Source: Akkermansia muciniphila
GTDB lineage: Bacteria; Verrucomicrobiota; Verrucomicrobiia; Opitutales; Opitutaceae
Assembly: GCA_945898185.1 (NCBI GenBank)
Contig: CAMDHP010000002.1
Span: 668 to 64,667, forward strand
Length of the DNA stretch: 64,000 bases
Direction: 5' to 3'
The position numbers and the translations under genes are program-made. Under the pieces are notes generated by a model. The model was not told where the DNA came from and made no database searches. It was given only the letters and a program-made list of their open reading frames with translations. Position 1 is the stretch's first letter. Each line of letters starts with the position of its first letter. Shown in pieces: positions 1 to 9,265 of the stretch.

Positions 1-572
1 ACGAGGGTCGCGATGGCCGCCTCGCCCTCGGGCGTGCGCTCGCCGCCAATGAGCACGCGATCGGGATTCATTAGATCAGCGACGGCTGTGCCCTCGGCGA
101 GAAACTCGGGGTTCGACAGCACCTGGCACTTCACGGCCTTACCGTTGGCGGCGAGGATTTCCTGGATCGTCGTAGCGGTGCGCACCGGGATGGTGGACTT
201 TTCAACGATGATTTTCGGTGTGGTCGCCACCTCGGCGATGGTGCGCGCCACCGACTCAATGTAGCGCAGATCCGCCGCGCGGCCCGCGCCGACGCCGTAG
301 GTTTTGGTCGGCGTATTGACCGATACGAACACGATATCGGCCGCCGCGATGGCACCTTTCACATCAGTCGAGAAAAACAGGTTCCGCCCGCGCGCGCTGC
401 GCACGACTTCGTCCAGACCAGGCTCGTAGATCGGGAGCGTATCGGAGTTCCATGCCGCGATCCGCGCTGCGTTCAAGTCCACCACCGTGACGGAGATATC
501 CGGCGCTTTGTGCGCGATCATCGCCATTGTAGGACCACCAACGTAACCAGCACCGATGCAGCAAATTTTCAT
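1..572 (-). CDS. ugd: UDP-glucose 6-dehydrogenase (5' part; runs off the left edge of the window)
   Basis: Not in the ORF track. Manual translation from ATG at 572 gives [32 protein letters not shown]...LPIYEPGL...VNTPTK...VEKSTIPV...[10 protein letters not shown]...PDRVLIGG, with Rossmann GxGxxG and UDPGDH motifs. Confidence 0.95.
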   Translation of the reverse strand, partial: MKICCIGAGYVGGPTMAMIAHKAPDISVTVVDLNAARIAAWNSDTLPIYEPGLDEVVRSARGRNLFFSTDVKGAIAAADIVFVSVNTPTKTYGVGAGRAADLRYIESVARTIAEVATTPKIIVEKSTIPVRTATTIQEILAANGKAVKCQVLSNPEFLAEGTAVADLMNPDRVLIGGERTPEGEAAIATL

Positions 573-677
573 GAGAATAAAGTGAGCCTCAAACGTGAAC
601 AGCGCCGCGCTCGGAATCCAAGCTGTATTTTAGGAACGATTGGGTGACGCACCGCCGAATCATGGAGGGGTGAGTGG

Positions 678-723
678 TTCATCAAAAAGTGGACCGTGAA
701 CTGGTCGGCCATTCATCAAAAAG
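678..723. repeat. Two exact 12-bp direct repeats TTCATCAAAAAG (678-689, 712-723) upstream of ugd
   Basis: Read directly from the sequence; 34-bp period. Function unknown. Confidence 0.6.
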
Positions 724-902
724 AATCCCGAACGAAGAAATTTTTGGTTTTTCGACGTTTCCAGCGGATGAGGGTGCACTCAGCGCCCGCTTTGACCTAG
801 CCTAAGCGCGGAGCGCGTGGCCCGCGTCAGTTAAATCAGCGTAGTCGCCCAGGCCCCCCGCCCGCGAAACGTGCCGCGCTGAGTGCCGTCCGCCAGCGCA
901 GA

Positions 903-1610
903 TCAGCCGCCCAGATACGCCGCTTTGAGCCGGGGATCATTCGCAAGCTCCGCGCTCGGGCCGTGGAGCGCGATGCGTCCGCTTTCGAGCACGTAGGCGT
1001 AACTCGAGACCGCGAGCGCGAGACGGGCGTTTTGCTCGACCAGCAGGATCGGGATGCCTTGGGCGCGATTGATCGCGACGATGCGCTCAAAAATCGTTTC
1101 GATTAAACGCGGCGCGAGTCCAAGCGACGGTTCGTCGAGCAGCAGAAACTTCGGCGCACTCATCAACGCGCGGCCGATGGCCAGCATTTGTTGCTCACCG
1201 CCTGAAAGCGTGCCGGCCATCTGTCCGCGTCGCTCGGCGAGACGCGGAAACAACTCGAAGACATGATCGAGCGTCGCGGCGATCGCGGCCCGCTCGTGCC
1301 GCAAGTAGGCGCCCAAGTCGAGGTTCTCCTTTACCGTGAGTTCGGCAAAAACAAGCCTGCCTTCCGGCACCTGACAAAGTCCCAGTCCAACAATCTCATG
1401 GGCGGGCAGCGCGGTGATGTTGCGGCCCGCAAACGCGATCCTCCCGCGCACCGGTCGCAGCAGCCCGGAGAGCGTGTGAAGCGTGGTCGTCTTACCCGCG
1501 CCATTACCGCCGATGAGGGTAACGATTGCGCCCGCAGAAACCTCGAATGAAACGGCGCTTAACGCGTTAATGGCGCCATAGGAAACGTGGAGATCGGTGA
1601 CAGTGAGCAT
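903..1610 (-). CDS. livF: Branched-chain amino acid ABC transporter ATP-binding protein (LivF family)
   Basis: Walker A GGNGAGKTT, signature LSGGEQQMLAIGRALM, Walker B LLLDEPSLGLAP, H-loop LVEQN. Start placed at MLTVTDL (1610). Confidence 0.9.
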   Translation of the reverse strand: MLTVTDLHVSYGAINALSAVSFEVSAGAIVTLIGGNGAGKTTTLHTLSGLLRPVRGRIAFAGRNITALPAHEIVGLGLCQVPEGRLVFAELTVKENLDLGAYLRHERAAIAATLDHVFELFPRLAERRGQMAGTLSGGEQQMLAIGRALMSAPKFLLLDEPSLGLAPRLIETIFERIVAINRAQGIPILLVEQNARLALAVSSYAYVLESGRIALHGPSAELANDPRLKAAYLGG

Positions 1611-1926
1611 CAAGAAAAGGGACCGGAGGGAAACGCCGGACATGTGCCCGCGTTGGCTCGCGCTGGGAAGCAGACTACAGGCCGGAAGGTGATGCAAGAC
1701 AGGGAGCCGGCTCCTTTTCCTCGCGCCGGGCGCTGACAGATGGCCGGGCTCATCACCGGCAATTTCACGTTTTAACCGGTCGCTTAAGCTACAGTCGGGT
1801 TAAATCATCCTTCCGCCCGCGTTGGACTCAAAATTGCTGTTGAGTGAATGATTGAGTGTTTATTCCCATCCGTTCGTAAACTTTCCGCAGACCGCCTGCC
1901 ATCCCGCCTTTTCGACCACCACACCT

Positions 1927-2382
1927 ATGAAAAAAACGCCTGCCAAGAAAACCCAAACCGCCGCCAAAGCAGCCCCGGCCAGAGAGGCCGCCAAAGCCGT
2001 CGCTCCCGTTCGCAAGGTAGCCCCGTCCAAGAAGGCCGCGCCCGCTAACAGAGCAGCTCCTGCGATTAAAAAGACTCCGATCGCCAAGAAGGCTGCGGTT
2101 AGAGCAGCCGCTCTCGAGCCGGTGTATCAGACCACCACAATCGTCGCCGCCATCGACGTCGGCTTCGGCAACACCCTCACCCTGCGCGGCGAGGGCCCCG
2201 GCCTGAGCTGGGAGCGCGGTGTGCCGCTCGAATGCGCAACCGGCGATCTCTGGACCATCACGCTTCCCGGGACCGCTCACCCGATCGTGTGCAAATTTCT
2301 GATCAACGACGCGATCTGGTGCGTAGGCGACGACTACACCGTGCTGCCAGGCTCGAGCGTCGTGCTGTCGCCGACTTTTTGA
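1927..2382 (+). CDS. Lys/Ala/Pro-rich (histone H1-like) N-terminus fused to a CBM20-like C-terminal domain
   Basis: N-terminus has KKTPAKK/APSKKAAP repeats. C-terminal IDVGFGNTLTLRGEGPGLSW...W...KFLIND..W..G resembles the starch-binding CBM20 pattern. Confidence 0.7.
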   Translation: MKKTPAKKTQTAAKAAPAREAAKAVAPVRKVAPSKKAAPANRAAPAIKKTPIAKKAAVRAAALEPVYQTTTIVAAIDVGFGNTLTLRGEGPGLSWERGVPLECATGDLWTITLPGTAHPIVCKFLINDAIWCVGDDYTVLPGSSVVLSPTF

Positions 2383-2428
2383 TCGCACGCCCTCCCTCCG
2401 CCGGGCTCAGAAATTCGGACCGCGTGTC

Positions 2429-3229
2429 TCAAACCACCACCCCGAGCTCAGAAGGCTCGGGATCCGGATTCATTTCGAGCAGCGCGCGCTCGATGCGCTC
2501 GGCAGCGTCCTCCGCCGCCAGTGTTTCCGCATCAATCAGCGTAGTCTTCAGCCAGACGGTGGAGAATGGGTGCGGTAGGTGAAAACCGTCCCAGCTCGGC
2601 AAACGCCAGCTCCGCGAGAAAGCCAGTCCGACCATCGCCACCCGCACCTGCGCGCGCCGCGCCACAACCAGCGCGCCCGGCTTAAATTTGTAACAGGGTC
2701 CGCGCGGCCCGTCCGGCGTGATGCCCGCATCGTTACCCGCGCGCAGCACTTGCACCAGCGACGACACCGCCTCGCGCCCACCGCGGTGGCTGGAACCGCG
2801 GACGACGCGCAGCCCCACCTTTTCAAAAAAAGCCGAGAGCCACGCGCCGTCCTTGCTCGCCGATACCAACGCGTGCAACGGACGACTTGGACGGTAGCGC
2901 CGCGAAATCTCCGCCGCGATAAACAGCCGGTTGTGCCAAAGGATGAAGAGCGTGGGTTTCTCCGCCTCGGCAAAAAGGTCACGGTCCATCCGCAACGTCA
3001 CGATGCGCAGGGAACTCGCCCAGGCGCGCATCAAAAGCCCGGCGAAGGAGGCCAGCGCGAGTTGTCCGCCCATGATGACCTTGACCGGTTTGGCGGCGGC
3101 AGGTTTAGCGGCGGTAACGACAGCGGCGGGCGATGATCTAAAATCAGACAAGCCTTCAGCCTTGGCGACACCACGGGGCGGGCGAAAGCTCAAAGCGAAG
3201 GCGCGGCGCGCTCCGCCGCCTCGCGCCAC
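2429..3229 (-). CDS. DUF374 / lysophospholipid acyltransferase family protein (start uncertain, may be shorter)
   Basis: Motifs LWHNRL, SASKDG, VRGSS, ITPDGPRGP. Confidence 0.8.
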   Translation of the reverse strand: MARGGGARRAFALSFRPPRGVAKAEGLSDFRSSPAAVVTAAKPAAAKPVKVIMGGQLALASFAGLLMRAWASSLRIVTLRMDRDLFAEAEKPTLFILWHNRLFIAAEISRRYRPSRPLHALVSASKDGAWLSAFFEKVGLRVVRGSSHRGGREAVSSLVQVLRAGNDAGITPDGPRGPCYKFKPGALVVARRAQVRVAMVGLAFSRSWRLPSWDGFHLPHPFSTVWLKTTLIDAETLAAEDAAERIERALLEMNPDPEPSELGVVV

Positions 3230-4071
3230 ACCAACGCCATGCGCACCACGCGTTGGTTTGCCTGCACGTCATGCACGCGGTGCAACTGCACGCCTTGGCG
3301 CACCGCCAGCGCGGTGAGGGCAAGGGTACCTTCGAGGCGATCCTCCGGCGCGAGGCCGGGGCAAGCGTGGGCGATCACGGATTTCCGCGACACTCCGAGC
3401 AAGAGGGGCTGGCCGAGCGCGTGCAGCGCTTCGAGACGCGCAAGCAGCGCAAGATTCTGCGGCTGGGTTTTCCCGAAGCCGATACCTGGATCGAGCACGA
3501 TCCGATCCGCGGGCAGGCCGGCGGCGGCGGCGAGGTCGAGGCTGCGCTGGAGCCAGGAGAGCACGCTGGGGATTGGATCCGCATCGGGCGGGAGTTCGCG
3601 CAGGGCCGGATCGTTGTGCATAAGCACGACGGCGGCCCCGGTTCGGACCGCGAGCCGCGCGAGCTCCGGCCCCCCCGGACCTTGCAGGCCGTGGATATCG
3701 TTCAAAAGGTGCGCCCCGGCATCAAGCGCGGCGGCGGCGACTTCGGGTTTATAGGTGTCTACCGAAAGCGGCAGCGCGGGGAACTCCGCCGCCAGCGCGC
3801 GGATAACCGGAACCGTGCGCAAGATTTCCTCGGCGGCGGTTATTTCCATGTAGCCGGGGCGTGTGGATTGCCCCCCGATATCGAGCAAATCCGCCCCCTC
3901 GGCGACGAGCTGGCGCGCGCGGACGAGAGCGGCACCGAGCGCGAGGTGGCGGCCCCCATCGAAAAACGAGTCGTCGGTGACGTTAAGGATACCCATCAGC
4001 CGCGGCACCCCGTCGAGCGCGAGCGTGAGGTCGCGGCAGCGGAGGAGTGGGCTGGAGGTCACGGGGCTCAA
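3190..4071 (-). CDS. folP: Dihydropteroate synthase
   Basis: MGILNVTDDSFFDGG, DIGGQSTRPG, SVDT, DPGIGFGK, SRKS, RVHDV. Confidence 0.95.
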   Translation of the reverse strand: MSPVTSSPLLRCRDLTLALDGVPRLMGILNVTDDSFFDGGRHLALGAALVRARQLVAEGADLLDIGGQSTRPGYMEITAAEEILRTVPVIRALAAEFPALPLSVDTYKPEVAAAALDAGAHLLNDIHGLQGPGGPELARLAVRTGAAVVLMHNDPALRELPPDADPIPSVLSWLQRSLDLAAAAGLPADRIVLDPGIGFGKTQPQNLALLARLEALHALGQPLLLGVSRKSVIAHACPGLAPEDRLEGTLALTALAVRQGVQLHRVHDVQANQRVVRMALVWREAAERAAPSL

Positions 4072-4193
4072 GGAGAATTATGCGGGCGCTTGGATCAGTG
4101 AAAAGCCATTCCCAATCTCGTTAGCTTACTCGTTCCCGACTTCGTTGGGAAAAGCAAGGCGGTGAACGCTTGGCTGGGAGAACGAGAACGATT

Positions 4194-5213
4194 TTATTGC
4201 GGTAAATAGTCCGTCGTCATGACGTCCGAGACTTTCAAAGACCCCACCGGAATAAGTTTTAAATCCTCTACGATTTTGAGCTGCGTGGCGTAGCGGGCGG
4301 GATCGAGGCGACCGATTCGAGTCGAGTCGGTGGCATCGCGTCCGACGACAAGTTTTTCGTCCACGATCATCTTGCGGGAGAATGCGAGGAAGGCGTCGTC
4401 ATTTTTCGGGTTGGCCTGCTTCATCGCCTCGTGGGCCGGGGAAGGGTCGCCCTCGATGTAGTCCCGCCAACCGCGGACGTATGCATCAACAAAAGCGCGC
4501 AACGCAGCGGGGTTCCCCTTCGCCCACTCGGAGTTGGCGACCAGCACCGCGTAGGAGTCGTATCCTGCATCCCAAGCGTAAAGATAACGCGGAGCGGGCG
4601 CGCCGCCTTGGGTGATGAAGAACGGCTCCGCGATGTAGTAACCTTGCTGGATAAATTCTTTGTCGGCGATGAAGTTGGAGACCGAGAAGTTAAACGGGAT
4701 GACCGTGAAATCCATCGCGTATTTCTGCCGCAGGAAATCGAGGAATATCCAGCCTGGGCGCGCCATTATTTTCCTTCCCGCGAGCTCCTTGAAATCGCGG
4801 ATGGGACTATCCGCGTGAAGCAAGAAGACGGACGGATCGTTTTGGAAAACCGCAGCCACCTGAAGGAGCGGGAGGCCCTTGCGGGTGTCGAGCAACGTGG
4901 TGACGCTCTCGCCCTGCCCGATCTGGGCCTGGCCCGTGGCGACACGTTGGTTGACGAGAGCGTTAGGCCCTCCCGGCACGAGGGTGACATCGAGCCCGGC
5001 CTCGCGAAACCAGCCGCGCGCCTGGGCTTGAAACAAGCCTCCATGCTCCGGCTCCGGCACCCAGTCGAGCTGGACAATAATCGGAATGAGGGCTTGCGTG
5101 GCAGCGGAGTTGGACCCGGCGCCCGGTGCAGAGGCGTCAGGCTTTGAGCAGCCGGAGAGTGTATAGCAGGCGATGACGGCGAGCGTTAGGAGGGTGGGCG
5201 TGGAGTTTTTCAT
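4194..5213 (-). CDS. ABC transporter substrate-binding lipoprotein, NMT1/THI5-like
   Basis: Lipobox-like LSGC; QLDWVPEPEHGGLFQAQARGWFREAGLDV is typical of NMT1/THI5/SsuA-like binders. Confidence 0.85.
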   Translation of the reverse strand: MKNSTPTLLTLAVIACYTLSGCSKPDASAPGAGSNSAATQALIPIIVQLDWVPEPEHGGLFQAQARGWFREAGLDVTLVPGGPNALVNQRVATGQAQIGQGESVTTLLDTRKGLPLLQVAAVFQNDPSVFLLHADSPIRDFKELAGRKIMARPGWIFLDFLRQKYAMDFTVIPFNFSVSNFIADKEFIQQGYYIAEPFFITQGGAPAPRYLYAWDAGYDSYAVLVANSEWAKGNPAALRAFVDAYVRGWRDYIEGDPSPAHEAMKQANPKNDDAFLAFSRKMIVDEKLVVGRDATDSTRIGRLDPARYATQLKIVEDLKLIPVGSLKVSDVMTTDYLPQ

Positions 5214-6001
5214 TTATCGGAGGGGGAATAACTATCGTGCCAACGGTGAAGGGTGAGCCAGGCGAGGCCGGAAACGACTCCGACGAACGCGAAGCCCAGC
5301 AGACAACCGGTAATCGCGGTGGCGTAGAGCGCGGGGATCTCGTTACGCGCGCTGAAAAGGAGCGCCGTGATGCCGAGCCCGGAGCGCCCGCCAGAAGTAG
5401 TGCCCACAATGTAGTCCGCCGTAAGCGCGCCGATGGGCGCCAGGATTGCGGAGATACGCAGTCCGGTGAAAAAATAAGGCAACGCCGCTGGCACACGGAG
5501 CAGAAACATCGCCTGAAGACGTGACGCCCGCGCCATGCGGAAGAGATCCACTTGGGCAAGCTCGACCGAGAGCAGGCCCTGGGTGGTGTTCACCACCAGG
5601 GGGAAAAACGAAATCAGAAACGTGACGATGATCACGCTCGGCCAGCCGGGGCCGACCCAGAGGATCAAAATCGGGGCGATCACGATCACCGGCACCATCT
5701 GCAAAATCATCAGGTAGGGATACAGCGCGGTGCGCGCCAGCTCCGAGCTGGCCAGCAACACCGACGCCACCACCGCCACGACAACCGCGAGCCCAAAGCC
5801 ACCCAGCGCAGCCAGCCCGGTGTAGCCGGCGGCCCGTGCAAGCACCGCGCCATGCTCGCGGAAGGCACCGATGAGGCCCGCTAAATCGGGCAGGAGAAAA
5901 CGGCGCGAGGGCGACAGCTGGCCGTGAAGGACTTGCCAGCCGACGAGGAAGCCCGCGGCGAGCAAGACGGGTAACAACCAGCGAAGGAGGCGTGGATTCA
6001 T
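5210..6001 (-). CDS. ABC transporter permease (SsuC/TauC-like)
   Basis: Hydrophobic helices; EAA-like loop DLFRMARASRLQAMFLLRVPAALP; 4-bp overlaps with both neighbours. Confidence 0.85.
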   Translation of the reverse strand: MNPRLLRWLLPVLLAAGFLVGWQVLHGQLSPSRRFLLPDLAGLIGAFREHGAVLARAAGYTGLAALGGFGLAVVVAVVASVLLASSELARTALYPYLMILQMVPVIVIAPILILWVGPGWPSVIIVTFLISFFPLVVNTTQGLLSVELAQVDLFRMARASRLQAMFLLRVPAALPYFFTGLRISAILAPIGALTADYIVGTTSGGRSGLGITALLFSARNEIPALYATAITGCLLGFAFVGVVSGLAWLTLHRWHDSYSPSDK

Positions 6002-6801
6002 GCGGCGGTAAAAATAGTGCCGGCGGACTCCTCCACCGCGCGCAACTTTGCCGAGACCTCGGCCACGAGTCCAAGGTAGGCGGGGGCAAGGCGGGTGTCG
6101 TGGTTGCGCGGATACGGCAGCGTGATGGGAAGATCGTGAACAACCCGCCCCGGATTCGCGGCGAAAATGAGGATGCGCGAGGAGAGAAATACCGCCTCGG
6201 CCACCGAATGGGTCACGAAGAGTGCGGTCCACTGCTGGCGCTCGCGAATGGCTAGCAACTCCTCTCCGATGCGATCGCGGGTCATTTCGTCGAGGGCACC
6301 GAAGGGCTCGTCGAGCAAGATGAGGCGCGGCTCGAGCGCGAGTGCACGGGCCAGCGACACGCGCATCCGCTGGCCGCCCGAAAGCTGGCGCGGGTAAGCG
6401 CGGGCTTTATCGGTCAGGCGCACAAGCCCAAGCGCAGCGGCGCTTCGGCGACGGCGCTCCGCAGCGGGCATACGGCGAAGGCGGAGCAAGGTTTCGACAT
6501 TTTCGGCAACCTTGAGCCAGGGCAAAAGCGTCGGGTCTTGGAAAACGTAAGCGAGGTCGCCGGTCTCACCGGTCGGGCGGCCGGCGACGGTAATATGTCC
6601 GCCTGAGGCAGGCGTGAGGCCCGAGAGCAGACGAAGCAGAGTGGATTTACCGCAGCCTGAAGGGCCGATCAGACTCACGAACTCACCGACGGCGACGTCG
6701 AGGGAGAGGGCGTCGAGCACGGGCAGGCCGGCTCCAAAGCGCTTGGTGAGCGCCTGCATTCGAATCAACGGGGGCACCGTAGAGGCGGCGGGGGCGTTCA
6801 T
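5998..6801 (-). CDS. ABC transporter ATP-binding protein (SsuB/TauB-like)
   Basis: GPSGCGKST, LSGGQRMRVSLARAL, LLDEPFGALD, FVTHS. Confidence 0.9.
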   Translation of the reverse strand: MNAPAASTVPPLIRMQALTKRFGAGLPVLDALSLDVAVGEFVSLIGPSGCGKSTLLRLLSGLTPASGGHITVAGRPTGETGDLAYVFQDPTLLPWLKVAENVETLLRLRRMPAAERRRRSAAALGLVRLTDKARAYPRQLSGGQRMRVSLARALALEPRLILLDEPFGALDEMTRDRIGEELLAIRERQQWTALFVTHSVAEAVFLSSRILIFAANPGRVVHDLPITLPYPRNHDTRLAPAYLGLVAEVSAKLRAVEESAGTIFTAA

Positions 6802-6888
6802 GGAGAGGGTGCGTTGCGGGCGGAAGATAACACTCGGAATGGACCTGAGCTAAAAGGCTGCGGCGCCGCGTGCAAACGTCCGGCCAAG

Positions 6889-6920
6889 AAAAAACCCGCC
6901 CCCAAAACGAGGGACGGGTT
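6889..6920 (-). terminator. Probable intrinsic terminator of rpmB
   Basis: Stem AACCCG.CCC / GGG.CGGGTT with an A-tract on the + strand (U-tract on -). Confidence 0.55.
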
Positions 6921-6951
6921 AAAAACCTGAAAATAAGAAAACGCGGATAAC

Positions 6952-7182
6952 TCAGGCCTTGGTCACGAGACCGGCCTTGATCGCCTTCACGGAGACGAGC
7001 ATACGCTTAACGCTGCCATTGGGCAACTTAACGCGGATACGCTGCAGATTCGGGCGAAACTTGCGCTTCGTGATGGACGTGATGTGGGTGCCGATGCCGC
7101 CGCTCTTCTTGGACTGACCCTTGCGGTGGATGATGGAGCCCGTGGTGGGACGTTTGCCGGTGATAGCGCAGATGCGAGCCAT
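6952..7182 (-). CDS. rpmB: 50S ribosomal protein L28
   Basis: MARICAITGK...TKRKFRPNLQ...VSVKAIK. Confidence 0.95.
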   Translation of the reverse strand: MARICAITGKRPTTGSIIHRKGQSKKSGGIGTHITSITKRKFRPNLQRIRVKLPNGSVKRMLVSVKAIKAGLVTKA

Positions 7183-7315
7183 AGTCGTGGTTGGTTAAAG
7201 TTAAAAGGGAGAGAGAAAAGGATGGGACGGAGCGTGTGCAAGGCAATAAAACTAACCCTCGGCAAATAGTGTGGGACCCTCCGGGCCTGAAAGGGGTGCT
7301 GCGCGCGCTCGCCAA

Positions 7316-8305
7316 ATGCATGGCGCTCTCTTTGCTACCGTCTCCGTGCCTGCTTCCTCTTACATTCCATCTCCGGAGTTCCTGATCACACCGCTTCTTA
7401 CGGTGCTATTTTTTGTCGAGCTTTTGCTCGTCATAGCCGGGCTTTTTCTGGTGCTAAAAAAGCCACGAGAGCTGGGTCTGCGGCTGCTCGGCCTCGCCCC
7501 GGCCCGACTGACGGCTTCACCGTTTCGGGTGTCGGAGATTTTTCTGGCCGGTGCCTTCGCCTTTGGCGGGGCGATCATCCTTCAAGTGGTGTTTATGAGT
7601 ATTGGACGTCGTTTCTGGCCGCCGTCGGTGGATGGCAGCATGGGGATTTTTCATGTGCTCGTCGCAGCCGGCTTTCAACTCGGCCTCATCGCCGGCCTTG
7701 CCCACGCATGGTTCTGGCACCTTCGCCCGAGCCTCCGCTTCCCTGCCCCTCCGGCAGCTGCGACAGCTCCGGAAATGGAGAACGGGAACGCGTTCCGCCA
7801 GGTTTTGCGCGATGGCACGTGCGCCTTTATCGTGGCTTTGCCGCTGGTGTGGGTAACGAGTTTTATTTGGCAAAATCTCCTAAATCTTTTCGGCATAAAA
7901 GCACCGCCGCAGGACATCGTGCTGCTCTTTGCCCGCAGCAACGGCTGGCTCTCGCTCGGCGCGATGGTCACTTTCGCAGTGATCGTGGCTCCAGTGGCGG
8001 AGGAGTTGCTGTTCCGAGTCGGGCTCTTCCGCTGGTTGCGCGGACGCGTCAACCGCAGCCTCGCCCTGCTTATGCCTGCGATCGCGTTTTCCATGCTCCA
8101 CGCTTCGATCGCCGTGCTCGGGCCACTCATCGTGCTAAGCGTGGTTTTTTCTCTCGCCTACGAGCGAAGTGGCCGCGCCGGCGTGCCGATCCTGGCGCAC
8201 GCTCTCTTTAACCTGAATACCATTGCCCTCGTGCTTGCCGGCTTCCCCACCGGTGAAGAGGAGCTGCGTTCCGCACTTCACCAGATCGTCTCCCTGCTCA
8301 ACTGA
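7316..8305 (+). CDS. CPBP (CAAX protease/Abi) family intramembrane metalloprotease
   Basis: EELLFR, FSMLH and HALFN motifs; many transmembrane segments. Start uncertain. Confidence 0.85.
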   Translation: MHGALFATVSVPASSYIPSPEFLITPLLTVLFFVELLLVIAGLFLVLKKPRELGLRLLGLAPARLTASPFRVSEIFLAGAFAFGGAIILQVVFMSIGRRFWPPSVDGSMGIFHVLVAAGFQLGLIAGLAHAWFWHLRPSLRFPAPPAAATAPEMENGNAFRQVLRDGTCAFIVALPLVWVTSFIWQNLLNLFGIKAPPQDIVLLFARSNGWLSLGAMVTFAVIVAPVAEELLFRVGLFRWLRGRVNRSLALLMPAIAFSMLHASIAVLGPLIVLSVVFSLAYERSGRAGVPILAHALFNLNTIALVLAGFPTGEEELRSALHQIVSLLN

Positions 8306-8306
8306 C

Positions 8307-9248
8307 GTGAACCCATTCTCCTCAAAACCCGCCGCGAGCGTTGCCTCCCTCGGCGAGCAAAAGCTCCTCACCGCCATCCGCCGCTGGCTGGGCCGCTCCG
8401 CTCCGCTCGCACCCGCCGGCATGGGTGACGACTGCGCCGTGCTGCCCGCGCCCCGTGGCCGTAGAACCAGCCTGGTCACGGTGGACCCCGTCATATACGG
8501 CGAGCATTTCGACGACGACGTGCCGCCGCGCGACGCGGGGGCCAAGCTCCTCAAGCGCAACCTTAGCGACATCGCCGCGATGGGCGGTCGCCCCACTGCT
8601 GCCGTGATCGCGCTGGCCCTTGATCCACGCACACGGCTCGACTGGCTGGAGGCGTTTTATCGCGGGCTTGCCGCCGTCGCGCGCGCTCATGACCTGCCCA
8701 TCGTTGGCGGCGATATCGCGACCCATCGCGGCGGGCTGGTCGCAACGCTCACTCTCATCGGTGAAACCACCTCCGCACGGGCACTCACCCGCACGGGCGC
8801 GCAGGCCGGGGATTTTATTGCCGTCACCGGCGCGCTCGGCGGCAGTCTGCCAAGCCGACACCATTGCCGCTTCACACCGCGGCTCGCCGAGGGGCAGTGG
8901 CTGGTGCGCCGCCCCGAAGTCACCGCCATGCTTGATCTGAGCGACGGCCTGGCGAAAGACATCCACGCACTCACCCCGCCAAAAAGCCGTCCGCTGATTT
9001 TTGGCGACCTGATACCGCGCCGCGCCAGCGCGGATCTCCGCGCCGCGCTTACCGACGGAGAGGACTATGAATTGCTCTTCGCGGTGCGTGGCGGCGCACC
9101 CGCCGCGCACCGCCTGCTAGCGGCCTGGCGGCGAGCCTTCCCCCGCGTTCCGCTCACCGTGATCGGGCAATTCGCGCCGCGCAGCGTCTCCGCCACCGGC
9201 GCGCTGGATATATCGGCCTACGTGGGTTTTGAACACCTGAAATCATAG
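8307..9248 (+). CDS. thiL: Thiamine-monophosphate kinase
   Basis: GDDCAV, RNLSDIAAMG, VGGD, DLSDGL, DGEDYELLF. GTG start 1 nt after the upstream stop. Confidence 0.9.
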   Translation: MNPFSSKPAASVASLGEQKLLTAIRRWLGRSAPLAPAGMGDDCAVLPAPRGRRTSLVTVDPVIYGEHFDDDVPPRDAGAKLLKRNLSDIAAMGGRPTAAVIALALDPRTRLDWLEAFYRGLAAVARAHDLPIVGGDIATHRGGLVATLTLIGETTSARALTRTGAQAGDFIAVTGALGGSLPSRHHCRFTPRLAEGQWLVRRPEVTAMLDLSDGLAKDIHALTPPKSRPLIFGDLIPRRASADLRAALTDGEDYELLFAVRGGAPAAHRLLAAWRRAFPRVPLTVIGQFAPRSVSATGALDISAYVGFEHLKS

Positions 9249-9265
9249 GATCCCGCCGAACCTGC

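Noticed and set aside
6802-6950. Possible TPP riboswitch ahead of the THI5-like ABC operon
   Set aside because: No CTGAGA or CCTGA...AGCGTAGGGA-like core on the sense strand; the only hairpin is the rpmB terminator.
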